DNA of 64,000 bases from Wickerhamiella versatilis (taxonomy: Eukaryota): NCBI GenBank assembly GCA_030867685.1, contig JAQOWU010000003.1, forward strand, positions 372,001 through 436,000. The letters are read 5' to 3'. Made by a program: the position numbers and the translations under genes. Numbering within the stretch: the first letter of the stretch is position 1; each line of letters opens with the position of its first letter. The notes under the pieces are model-generated. The model ran no database searches. It was not told where the DNA came from and was given only the letters and a program-made list of their open reading frames with translations. Of the stretch, positions 1 through 10,264 are shown in pieces.

Positions 1-972
1 AAGCTCATCTACATACTGATAAAGCATAACAGCAACCAGCGCATCTCCTGCAATATTGGGATCTGCCAAATCCATAAATTCATCTAGCACCATATCCATT
101 CGGCTACGGTCTGAATGAGGATCTGGGCCAAACATAGCACTCATAGCACCCCGACTCACAGCAACGCCAGAGCCACCATGAGCAAACTTAATTTCCACTT
201 TCTCGCCTTTCTTGTTACGAGCTCCCTGCACCCAGTCAGCTGCTCGGCCAATGTAGTGAGGCTCGGAAGAGTTGTAGCTCCTTAAATGTTCAAGCAGGCC
301 CATTTGCAACATATAAGTATCCGCATCGATAAATACAAACCATTCCGTATCTGACGGTGCATTAATCCAAGCATGAGCTAGCATAGGTATGTTTTTGTAC
401 TTGTCAAGATGCCAGCCCGGATAGCCATTAAGATCATCCAGCTCCCACATCCAGTGGTTCTCTAATGCTTCTCTGAGGTCAAAATAGTTTCCAAGATTGG
501 AGCGATGTTTTTCCAATAAGGCCTCAGGCAACCACTTTAAAATATCAATAACGGGAACGCCACAAATTTCAGTTTCGACCTCAGCATATACTGCATGATG
601 TGGCCACCTCCGGAGAGTGGTACGTATATGGGGAGGGAGTCTCTCCTGGATCACCGTTGATCCACTTTTCAACATCATAAAAACCTTATCTGCATAAGGG
701 TCAAGTGGCCCATCAGAGACATCTTGATTAGGCACAAGCCCTGCATAATGAAAGAGAGATTTCTGTGGCCCTGATTCCATGGGGCGTACAAGAGAGGACC
801 CATCCCGACCCTCATCCGAAGAACCACCCTCATTTTCTGGATTTGGAGCTTCTGATTTTGGGGTCGTAAGGTGAAATCTCCTACCACTCGGGATCCACAT
901 ACTATTCAGAAGCACAAGGAGAATGCCCACTACAACTATAGTGGTCAGTACCGTGATTCTCCTGCTCAACAT
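1..972 (-). CDS. Fringe-like GT31 glycosyltransferase (type II membrane protein), 5' part; runs off the window edge
   Basis: Not in the ORF track; I translated it by hand from ATG at 972. It reads MLSRRITVLTTIVVVGILLVLL (TM anchor) ... DPYADKVFMMLKSG ... WHLDKYKNIPMLAHAW ... WFVFIDADTY (DxD) ... FAHGGSGVAVSRGA and stays open to position 1. The motifs match those of 32627, 51502 and 53570. Confidence 0.9.
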   Translation of the reverse strand, partial: MLSRRITVLTTIVVVGILLVLLNSMWIPSGRRFHLTTPKSEAPNPENEGGSSDEGRDGSSLVRPMESGPQKSLFHYAGLVPNQDVSDGPLDPYADKVFMMLKSGSTVIQERLPPHIRTTLRRWPHHAVYAEVETEICGVPVIDILKWLPEALLEKHRSNLGNYFDLREALENHWMWELDDLNGYPGWHLDKYKNIPMLAHAWINAPSDTEWFVFIDADTYMLQMGLLEHLRSYNSSEPHYIGRAADWVQGARNKKGEKVEIKFAHGGSGVAVSRGAMSAMFGPDPHSDRSRMDMVLDEFMDLADPNIAGDALVAVMLYQYVDEL

Positions 973-2327
973 CGTAGGACCTCGCGAACGAAACACAGCC
1001 GTCTTACGTCACGTTTAGTAACGCGACATCTACTGTCAAAAAAGACAACTTTAATACCAAATTCGAATACTATGACCTCCAAGTAGTGCCAATCTGTATA
1101 CTTACTGGGTTTCTATACGTATTTCACTATGACTGCTAGTTGCATGGTCATATCAGAGAAATATTATTCTGTCATACCTAACCCTTAATTATTTCCTGCG
1201 CGAAGATGCCAAGAAAAGCGCGTCAAATATTGGTCTTGCAGAAGATAACAGCCTGATTTTAGGAGAACGAAATAATAATTCTAAGAATAAATATATAACA
1301 ATTGTGAAACGCCTCATTCACCTTGAAACGGTCATACTTCCCTACTACCTGACCAACAATGTATGATAGGCCTCAGAATCCAGACTGATTATTTTAATAT
1401 CATGATTATCACCAGAGTTGCTGACGTATTTATTCGGAGTCTAATCGACCATATCATTTCTAATACTCTTTAAACGTTTGTATTGTAAACTCCACCTAAA
1501 AACGACTCTATACTGACTGCCAACTATAGTTTGAAGGGCTCTAGAAGGAAGCTAGTTCTCAATGTACAAGCTAAAGGTGAAAAATAAATCTGAAAAGATC
1601 ATGTCTGATAAGGAGCCTAATTTGCCCCCGCAGCTTTCGTGTATTAAGAACACACAATATTGATCAAGAAAAAAACTTTGATGATCGATTTTAGGGACGC
1701 ATCATAACTATAACAAACCACTGTATTTTTTTTACGTCTCGAAACCTTGAACTGCCTCCCTTTATATATCGAGCCACTACTTTAGCTATCTTCCCCTTAC
1801 CTTACCCATACGGAACGAATCCAGTTGAATTTCGATCTAACAAATAAGCGGCATAAATACCGGAAGAGTGCCTATACAGTGCATATATAAGGATCCACAA
1901 TTCCAATTTCGTTGTAGTACGTAACTATATTGAGTTAATTCGAACACCAGTCTATGTTTAGATGTGATGCAAGATGCTCTCGTAGCAAACAAACCTAATA
2001 ATGGTAATACGAATGAGCTCGTGTATGAATAACTGTAGAGTGAGCGCAATATCGCCAGTCCTTATTTCTATCTCAGGTGCTCACGTGGCCAAGATGCAGT
2101 CACTGATTTGTCCCTAAAGTAACATTGTGACCAGTGTACGCTTTGCATACTATATAATCTACCTTATTTTCGCCCTTGGATAATGGAAAACCCCAATACT
2201 CGGTATCATCAGAGGAAATAGATGAGAGATATCTTCTGAAATTTACAGCGGGCGTTGAATACGATTTCAGGCGTACGGCACAATAGGGATTACGTAAGAT
2301 AGATAACAATTCTGGTTTACGGAAACA

Positions 2328-4652
2328 ATGGAATTGTCAGAGAGTCCTAAAAGGGATGTTGAAAAAGATGCATCACATATATATATTGGCAATTTAGAAA
2401 CTGTGGAGGTTGATCTAGAGCTACCTAGCAGGGGTCAATCTGGATCATCTATTTTTTGGGAGTCGAGCAATACACAGTGGATTGAGAATAATGGTAAAGT
2501 CCATCGTCCAGAATATGGACGTGGTGATCGTGAGGTAATACTCACTGCGAAAGTTGTAAAGGAGGGAGCGATGGCGACTCGACAGTTTGCAGCAAGGGTC
2601 TTGCAGAAAGCTAGTAAAATCGAAATCTCATTGGTATATCCCATTAATATCACCGTCAAACAAGGAAAGAATTTCTACCTTCCGATGTTTGTGTCAGCGA
2701 AGACCTGTGATGGCCGTGTTCTTTCTCTTCGTGTGAATTGGGAAGGCGGTGTTGAGCACGAGGCCAACTTCCGGGGTCAAATGACTTATTATGGATTCAT
2801 GGAAGATGGAAATGTGAATATTCAAGCAAATGTTGCATCAAGTCGGAATGGGCCTTTTCCACCCATAAGTACGAAACCCTCAGTGAAATGTCTTGGACTC
2901 GAGCATGTCCGACTCACGGGACAGGGGTTCTTAGCTTTAAATCAGCGTCGCCGAATAGAATATTTACACAATGTGGATGACGATCAACTCCTCTTTGAGT
3001 TTCGTAAGACTGCGGGGCTTGATACGAGGGGTGCTACTGAAATGCTCGGGTGGGACTCTTCGGAGTCTCAGCTTCGCGGACATACTACAGGTCACAACCT
3101 TTCAGCATATGCCCTGGCGTATGGCGCAACTGGAGATGAAAAAGTCCTAGAGAAGCTCAATTACGTTGTTGGTGGATTGAAGGAGGTTCAAGATGCGCTC
3201 CTGAGCAATGATAAGTGCCATTTTGGATTTCTAAGTGCATACGATGAAACGCAATTCGATGAATTAGAGCGATTTATCCCATATCCTACAATATGGGCTC
3301 CTTATTACACTCTGCATAAGATTATTGCAGGCCTCCTTGATGCACATCGGTACGCATTTTCGAATGTCGCATTGGATGTTGCTGCCAAGGTGGGTGAATG
3401 GGTGTATAATCGACTGTCAAAATTACCCCATGAGCAATTGCAGAACATGTGGAGCATGTATATCGCTGGTGAATTTGGTGGAATGAATGAGGTGCTCGCC
3501 AAGCTCTTTGAGCGAACGCATAATCAAAAACACCTGGAGGCGGCTACCCTCTTTAATAATGATAGATTGATGTACCCTATGCAGCAGCATATAGATGCAC
3601 TGGGTGGGCTGCATGCTAATCAGCATATTCCTCAGGTAGTTGGCTCCGTACAACTATTTAAATCTACTGGCTTGCCGATTTACCTTGAGCAAGCTAAAAT
3701 GTTCTGGGAATCGGTCGTAACACATCATACCTATGCAATGGGTGGTACAGGGAAAGGTGAAATGTTTGAACAGCCTGATATGATTGGTTCGTTACTGGAT
3801 AATAATACTGCCGAATCCTGTGCGACTTACAACATGTTGAAACTTACTGCTTCGTTGAGTGAGTACTACCAAGATGCTAAGCATGGTGAATATTACGAAA
3901 ATGCCACCATAAACCATATAGCATGTACCTCAGATCACCTACCTAATGGTGGTAGCATATACTTTCTACCAACATCGCCCAATGGACGAAAGGAGTTTGA
4001 TACTGAGAACAGCTGTTGCCATGGATCAGGTCTTGAATCACATTTCTACTATGCACTGGGTGCAAACTATGTGGACGAGTATTCACTTTATATAAAGTTG
4101 TATCTCAATTGTAGAATCTACGATCGAGAAGAAGGGATTGATATTGAAGAAGTGGTTGAAGATTCATCACCTGAAAAGGTAACAATTCACATCAAGCGGT
4201 TAAATAGACAGGAGTTACACTTCCGCTGTCCAGGCTGGTCACGCGCTATGGCAGAAATATCCCTTTCAGGAAATGGTATCGCGTCACGTCATATGGTCGC
4301 AGATAAAGACGAAATTGTTCTTTCAAAAAAGCATCTGAAAAATGCCGGCGCGAGTAATTGGGAGGGTATCACAGTTGAATTACGATTTCATCCTCACATA
4401 TATGTTTCACGGACGTTAGATAAACCAGAAATTGCCGCAATATTTTGGGGCCCATACTTGCTGGCTGCCCTCAGTGATGGAAGCCAGCTTTTGGAACTTT
4501 ACATCGATGATAGGGATCCTGACCAAGCATTTGAACGCAAAGTTGCTTCCAATACGTTTACACACAAGAGTAGTGGTGTGAAATTTGTACCATTGTGGCA
4601 GATTAATGAACAACCATACTGCATATATGTCAGGATACTTATAAGTGCGTAA
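2328..4652 (+). CDS. Beta-L-arabinofuranosidase-like glycoside hydrolase (GH127/GH146, DUF1680) with N-terminal bacterial Ig-like domains
   Basis: Motifs LRGHTTGH, WAPYYTLHKI, GEFGGMNE, HANQHIP, ESCATYNMLK and SCCHGSGLE. The N-terminal LELP..G.SGS.I.WESS...G.V.RP is a bacterial Ig-like signature. No signal peptide. Confidence 0.88.
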   Translation: MELSESPKRDVEKDASHIYIGNLETVEVDLELPSRGQSGSSIFWESSNTQWIENNGKVHRPEYGRGDREVILTAKVVKEGAMATRQFAARVLQKASKIEISLVYPINITVKQGKNFYLPMFVSAKTCDGRVLSLRVNWEGGVEHEANFRGQMTYYGFMEDGNVNIQANVASSRNGPFPPISTKPSVKCLGLEHVRLTGQGFLALNQRRRIEYLHNVDDDQLLFEFRKTAGLDTRGATEMLGWDSSESQLRGHTTGHNLSAYALAYGATGDEKVLEKLNYVVGGLKEVQDALLSNDKCHFGFLSAYDETQFDELERFIPYPTIWAPYYTLHKIIAGLLDAHRYAFSNVALDVAAKVGEWVYNRLSKLPHEQLQNMWSMYIAGEFGGMNEVLAKLFERTHNQKHLEAATLFNNDRLMYPMQQHIDALGGLHANQHIPQVVGSVQLFKSTGLPIYLEQAKMFWESVVTHHTYAMGGTGKGEMFEQPDMIGSLLDNNTAESCATYNMLKLTASLSEYYQDAKHGEYYENATINHIACTSDHLPNGGSIYFLPTSPNGRKEFDTENSCCHGSGLESHFYYALGANYVDEYSLYIKLYLNCRIYDREEGIDIEEVVEDSSPEKVTIHIKRLNRQELHFRCPGWSRAMAEISLSGNGIASRHMVADKDEIVLSKKHLKNAGASNWEGITVELRFHPHIYVSRTLDKPEIAAIFWGPYLLAALSDGSQLLELYIDDRDPDQAFERKVASNTFTHKSSGVKFVPLWQINEQPYCIYVRILISA

Positions 4653-5263
4653 TAGCTAGAGTTTTGAAAAATTAGTATGATACTTATAAAAAAGAGGATA
4701 ATACATTCTCTCAGAACTATGCCCAAAAATTAATGGAAGTTGCTTGGCCCTCTCACAAAGTCAACTGGATCAAAGAAACTCTTTTTATTATATTACTACT
4801 GAGTTGTTCTGTTAACAACTTGTATACCAAATTAGGACTCTAGTCTTTGAATTCTCGGTTGTTTCTAAACCTCCATGTATGCGCACCAATAGCCTTGAAA
4901 TAGTCATAATGAATAGCCCCTCGAAAAGCAGCCATGAACGAGCGATAATATTTCTAGTTCGCGCTTTCAAACACCTGATCTCTAAGTTTTTCTCTCCCCG
5001 TTCATTGTTGCCAATAAAAGTTTCCCAGAAAGACTTGAGATAATCTTGATCCAGAAAAATCAGATTTGCTGGAGCTCCCACCTGGAAGTCCTGGCAGATC
5101 AGAATCCAGCAAAATTCTATAATTTTTCTCATCTATATGTAATGTACAAGGCTAAGAACCAAGCATTACAGTGTGAATTGAGTCAAAACAGATCCTACTT
5201 CACCCTAAACTATAGGCTGGTCAAAATCGCGAGTGGCAGTATCAATTCTAGCACTAGCTACTA

Positions 5264-6202
5264 TCAAGACTTCATCGAAAACTCATCAAGGAAAAACTGA
5301 ATCGTTCTGAATGCCGCACTAGTTGCTTCGATGAAGTTCATTTTAATAAATCCATGAATCATTCCAGGGAAATTCCGACGTAATACTGGCACACCATCAG
5401 CTACGAGTTTATTTGCGTATAACTCACCATCATCATAGAGAACATCATTCAGGGCCGTAATAACCAAAGCGGGTGCTACACCCTTCAAAGAAGCCATGAT
5501 AGGCGAAAGTCTCCAGTCATAAGCCTGTTCATCATTCACTAGGTATTGGTCAATCATGTATTGTAGTTCGTCTTTTGTCAGTCCAGGACTTTCACCATTT
5601 CGGGATGAATACTCCATAGATGAGGGACGAACGTCCGTCACAGGGTAGATAAGCACTTGACAACATACTGGTATCGAATTTTGTTTTGCTACTATTGCCA
5701 GAACTGCTGCTAAATTCCCACCAGCACTATCACCACCTACGGCAAGGTGGTCTGGATCTACATTGAGCTCTGAGCTATGGTCTCTTATCCAATTGAGCGA
5801 AGCAACAGCGTCAAGAAGTGCGCTAGGAGCCTTATGTTCAGGCGCCAGGCGATATTCCACTGATATCACAGATATTCCACACTGCTGTGCTATTCTCCGT
5901 GGTACGCTGTCATGTGTTTTGATGCTACCCAAGATAAATCCACCACCGTGGAAAAATATTAGCACGGGGAGTTTCCGAGTGCCAGAAGATAAGGGTCTAT
6001 AGATACGTAGCGGGATTATCGCTTCACCGCTGTTGAAAGTAAGATCCTTTGTGTCCACACCATCAATGGGGTTTCCACTAACTCGCAAGGAACTCTGGAG
6101 ATGCCATTTTCTCAGCTCACTAATAGTTTGTTCCTGGAATGGCTTGTGAACTTCCCCGCTTTGTTTTGCCATAAAATCCCTGAGATCAGAGTCGAGCATC
6201 AT
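5264..6202 (-). CDS. HSL-family (Abhydrolase_3) esterase/lipase
   Basis: HGGGF oxyanion motif, GDSAGG nucleophile motif, DVLYD and HGF catalytic Asp/His region. Confidence 0.92.
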   Translation of the reverse strand: MMLDSDLRDFMAKQSGEVHKPFQEQTISELRKWHLQSSLRVSGNPIDGVDTKDLTFNSGEAIIPLRIYRPLSSGTRKLPVLIFFHGGGFILGSIKTHDSVPRRIAQQCGISVISVEYRLAPEHKAPSALLDAVASLNWIRDHSSELNVDPDHLAVGGDSAGGNLAAVLAIVAKQNSIPVCCQVLIYPVTDVRPSSMEYSSRNGESPGLTKDELQYMIDQYLVNDEQAYDWRLSPIMASLKGVAPALVITALNDVLYDDGELYANKLVADGVPVLRRNFPGMIHGFIKMNFIEATSAAFRTIQFFLDEFSMKS

Positions 6203-6487
6203 TTAGGTGGAACGCGAACTGATTACTAAGTAGATTTCAGGGTCAAAATAAATAGCCGCACATTTATCTCGGCCAACCAGACTATGGGCAAAGTTTTTGT
6301 GAGAATTATGTCTGACAATAGACATTATGGCAAAGGGTATTATGTAGCGTTTGCTCTTTAAAAGTAGTTAATATGATCAGAATGCGTGTGTTCCAGAACT
6401 GAGAAGTGCCTCTGGTTAATAAGTATTAATTTTAATTTATAAGTTAGTGACTATATACGGGCTAACTTCCAATGTGGCATAACCAAG

Positions 6488-8065
6488 TTATTCGATATAC
6501 TCATTATAATTCTGCTCTCTTTCATCACGAGGCTCTTTTATCCACCAAAATATCGGGGTCAGAATCAATAGGCTTGCAGAAATCAGGCCCCAGTTCAGTC
6601 CAAATTCAATATCAGAATTCGAGACTGATAAATTGACCTTCCAAGCCACAGCTGCACCAGCTGCCTGCATCCCTTTGTAGAGACCCACGTAGCAAGCATT
6701 AATCCTATCTTCATCCTCAGTGTCATTAGTCGTTAGAGACCCCATGATCCAGTATGCAAGTGTTTGCCAGAATGAATCGAACATACCATACAAGAAATAT
6801 AGTACAAAAGGTCCCGCGAACTTAGTACCACTGCTACCTTTGAAACCAGCGAAATCCATGAGATAATCTGTCTCGTCATCCGTACATCCCAAGTAATAGC
6901 TCCCTCCACTCGTACATGTGCGTAAGTTAAGCGCAAGACCACCACCCCAAAGCACTAGTGAGTAAACACATAGGAACAAAAATGCAATAAATCCCCTGGT
7001 TCTATGTCGAATCCTCTTGTTGTCCAGAAAGGCACCATAGAGTGGTGCGGCAATCATCTGAGCAAGCCAGTACATCGCACTGTTGAAAGAGCGGGTACGA
7101 ACAGTGAAAAGCGTTCCATTGAACGTATTTTGCTGATAGCTATAAAAGTAGTTTGCCATGAAGAAGAATGGCGTCAGAACTAATGACTCTTTTCTCGTAA
7201 GAATCTTGCAAATACCAATAAAGTCGCGAATTACATTAGGGCGTTTTTGCTTTTCGTGAATTCTCGTCCCATCACTGCGAATGATACGATCTGGTTTCAG
7301 AACGCCAAGTGAGCATAGCCAACCTGCGCCCATGAGCGCAATGAAAATTGCATACAAAGTATCATTAGCAAGTGTCCCATCATTATCCCAATTAATTCCC
7401 ATGGAAATAAATGATCCAATAACACCACCTAGGTTAAAAACAAACCAAAACATACCGAATAATCGACCTTTTTCATTTTCCAGTGGTTCACTTGTAACAA
7501 CTGCACCTTGGCCTGTCCAGAAGAGACTAGCCCCGATACCAAGGATAGCACTAGCAGCAATTACAAAGGCCTCTGCTGATTTATGATATATAGGATTGTC
7601 ATTACTGTCCTTCAACGCCTTGCCATCGTTTCCAATTACAGCCCCATTTTTTTGGAAATTGAGCAGCGAGCCACTATAAATCGGGTAAAACAATCCACCT
7701 GCCAGCATCGTATAGCCTGGCCCAATATAGTAATAGACTAAAGGGGCCAAGAAGAGAGAACCTCCAGCAAAAACAGACTGAAGTGCGATTTGACCTTTAT
7801 CAGAGGTGGACTGGTCTATACCACCAGCGCCAATCCCTGTCAACGCGTTAAACATCCCTGGACAACCAAATGCAGCGAGCGATGAAATGAATACTTGTAC
7901 GAGTGGCGACCTATATCGAAATGGTGACTTATATTTGTTGTTCAATTCCAATACTTCACCTTCAGCAGACTGAGCTTCATTTTCTGAACTCGACAGTGGT
8001 ACATCCTTTTCTGAAGATACATGCACTGTTGTATCTTGCTTGGAACCCCAAAATTTCCCAGCCAT
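6488..8065 (-). CDS. UNC93-like MFS transporter (DUF895 type)
   Basis: SPLVQV...FGCPGMFNALTGIG, LFWTGQGA, FWFVFNLGGVIG and FTVRTRSFNS motifs, with multiple TM segments. First ATG is at 8065; the ORF track starts at an upstream TTG. Confidence 0.88.
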   Translation of the reverse strand: MAGKFWGSKQDTTVHVSSEKDVPLSSSENEAQSAEGEVLELNNKYKSPFRYRSPLVQVFISSLAAFGCPGMFNALTGIGAGGIDQSTSDKGQIALQSVFAGGSLFLAPLVYYYIGPGYTMLAGGLFYPIYSGSLLNFQKNGAVIGNDGKALKDSNDNPIYHKSAEAFVIAASAILGIGASLFWTGQGAVVTSEPLENEKGRLFGMFWFVFNLGGVIGSFISMGINWDNDGTLANDTLYAIFIALMGAGWLCSLGVLKPDRIIRSDGTRIHEKQKRPNVIRDFIGICKILTRKESLVLTPFFFMANYFYSYQQNTFNGTLFTVRTRSFNSAMYWLAQMIAAPLYGAFLDNKRIRHRTRGFIAFLFLCVYSLVLWGGGLALNLRTCTSGGSYYLGCTDDETDYLMDFAGFKGSSGTKFAGPFVLYFLYGMFDSFWQTLAYWIMGSLTTNDTEDEDRINACYVGLYKGMQAAGAAVAWKVNLSVSNSDIEFGLNWGLISASLLILTPIFWWIKEPRDEREQNYNEYIE

Positions 8066-9427
8066 CGTGTACTGTGAACTAAAGTGCACTGGGAAGTAAA
8101 CGACTAATATATTGATGAATAATAGGGCTGGGGCCACAGATAAGAGCCTCCTACACGTGCTAGATATCAAGATTCAAGGGCACCATGTGGCAGATAAACT
8201 GGGTAAAATACCATTATAATAGGGTATGCCGCTACTTTGAGGAACAGATGTGCATGCCAGATTATACCTTAGCTGTTAAACGTATGGCACCCGTTACATA
8301 AGAAGGATATCGATGAACAAGATTACCCCCGGGTAAATGTAGCTTTGTGCTCTATGGACCCATTAACAGGGGTCTGGTAAGTAATAGGTATTGGGTTAAG
8401 ATGGTTTGCTGCAGAAGGAGGTAGGATATAAAGAAAACCGGGATGCTTTCGATAACAGGGCTAGGGCTATAGATTAAGAAACCGCCAGCTGTCTTACTTG
8501 AAGGCGGACCCCTTGTAGATCTTCAATTACATGCTTCTTTATTTTTCTTAATTTTGAACATAGAAAATGAAATCATTAGCATTCGTAACTAGGGTAGTCC
8601 CTGCGTTGTCGGACAATATTGGGCGTATCATCACATGATTTCTCATTACTAGCTGAAGTCCAATTTTAGACCTGTACATAATTTGAATCTCAATCTTGAG
8701 AAGCTTCCTTTAAGTATTTAAAACACCAGAGCTTCTGGTCAAATTTAATTGTGGTATGTATTTAGGATGACCGGATTTGACCTAACATCTTGAATAATAA
8801 GCTGTGATTACGCCGACGACTAAAACGTTCACAAATAAGACTTGGCGAGCTAGTACTCCTCTCAATAACTGTGGATAGGGACTTTTTTGTTTGATGAGCT
8901 TCGTCCAATTTGCTAATGGGAGTCTCGGCTCATTCGAATTAAATACAGTTAAGGCAAAAAACCTACCAGCCGAATTATTGTACTGGTCAATAAAAAATGA
9001 CTGGAAACGTTAATAATATGTAAGACTAACACGTTGCCATTTGGATTACGCAGAGAGGGCAACGGATTAAGACATTGGATTTCAGTATGCATTGACCGTC
9101 TAGCCTGGAGCTCAGTAGAAGCAACAATTCGATTCCGCACAAAGTGTCGGATAGAAATCATGAATATATTTTTGCCCTCTCTTCCATAAGAATCACCATT
9201 AGCAATAAATATTTCCACTGTCGTCTACACAACTATTCTAAGGTAGAGAAGGCTTTCGATGCATAAATTTTCTTGATAATTTCAATGAAAGAGATCTTCT
9301 CAAATGAGCCTCTTCGGAAGCTGTATTGAACAAGATCATGCTTGATCTTACGCATGCCTGCGCTCAGGTGTGAGTACTTCTTCAGTAAGCTTATAGATAA
9401 TTAGTCATGCTATCCGGAGGGCTCTCT

Positions 9428-9451
9428 TAACCCCGAAAACACTTGTCCCCG
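9428..9451 (+). promoter_or_regulatory. Paired CCCCG half-sites 16 bp apart, putative Zn2Cys6 UAS of the UPRT gene
   Basis: CCCCG at 9431 and 9447, followed by GATAA at 9463 and TATAAA near 9486. The same 16-bp spacing occurs in the URC1 and URC4 promoters. Confidence 0.6.
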
Positions 9452-9546
9452 CAACATGCGCTGATAAAGCGATATACATCAACAATATAAATAGGAAACC
9501 CTATAAGCTGCGTAGAGATATCTCAAGCTTTCAATTCTCAATAATC

Positions 9547-10242
9547 ATGATCGTATCCCAGGTTCAAGAAGTAACGCAGTCAACTCGTGGCTGCCATTTG
9601 CTAGGTCCGCCCAAAGCAATTGAGCTCGAGCAAACGAATCAAGTTCGGGGGCTTTTCACGATACTGAGAAACAGCGAATCGCCTCGATCTGAATTTATAT
9701 TCTATGCTAACCGCTTGTTTCGCCGTATTATAGAGAGAGCACTTGATACTTTACCCGTAGAGACTCAATCGGTGAATTTGTCCAATGGAAAACCATATGA
9801 CGGGGTTAAGTTTCGAGGCAAAATATGCGGTGTTAGTATTATGAGAGCGGGTGAAAGCATGGAAGAAAGCCTAAGGAACTGTTGTCCCTCTGCCCGCATC
9901 GGTAAAATCCTCATTCAGCGCGACGAAGATACGGCAAAACCAAGATTATTTTATGACAAGCTACCACAGGATATCTCAACGAGACATGTGTTCCTACTGG
10001 ACCCCATGCTTGCTACGGGCGGCTCAGCATTAATGGCTATAGATAAGCTAGTCAGCAGTGGCGTTCCGCCCGCGCGCATCAGCTTTTTGAATCTTGTCTC
10101 TTCGCCGGAGGGTCTCGAAACTGTGTTTAATCGCTACCCGGAGCTGCAAATCATAACAGGCTGTATTGATTCTGGCCTGGACGAGCGAAAACGAATAACT
10201 CCCGGCTTAGGCGATTTTGGAGATAGGTACTACAGCCATTGA
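9547..10242 (+). CDS. FUR1: Uracil phosphoribosyltransferase (FUR1/URC6/urg2 type)
   Basis: ICGVSIMRAGESME, RIGKILIQRDE, PRPP-binding LLDPMLATGGS and PGLGDFGDRY motifs. Confidence 0.95.
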   Translation: MIVSQVQEVTQSTRGCHLLGPPKAIELEQTNQVRGLFTILRNSESPRSEFIFYANRLFRRIIERALDTLPVETQSVNLSNGKPYDGVKFRGKICGVSIMRAGESMEESLRNCCPSARIGKILIQRDEDTAKPRLFYDKLPQDISTRHVFLLDPMLATGGSALMAIDKLVSSGVPPARISFLNLVSSPEGLETVFNRYPELQIITGCIDSGLDERKRITPGLGDFGDRYYSH

Positions 10243-10264
10243 ACTGTATTTGATGCAAATTTAT

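Noticed and set aside
4812-5300. Short ORFs 4812-5132 and 5046-5300, and the many 60-170 aa ORFs overlapping long CDSs
   Set aside because: They have no recognisable motifs, many start at non-ATG codons, and most are antisense or out-of-frame shadows of real genes.
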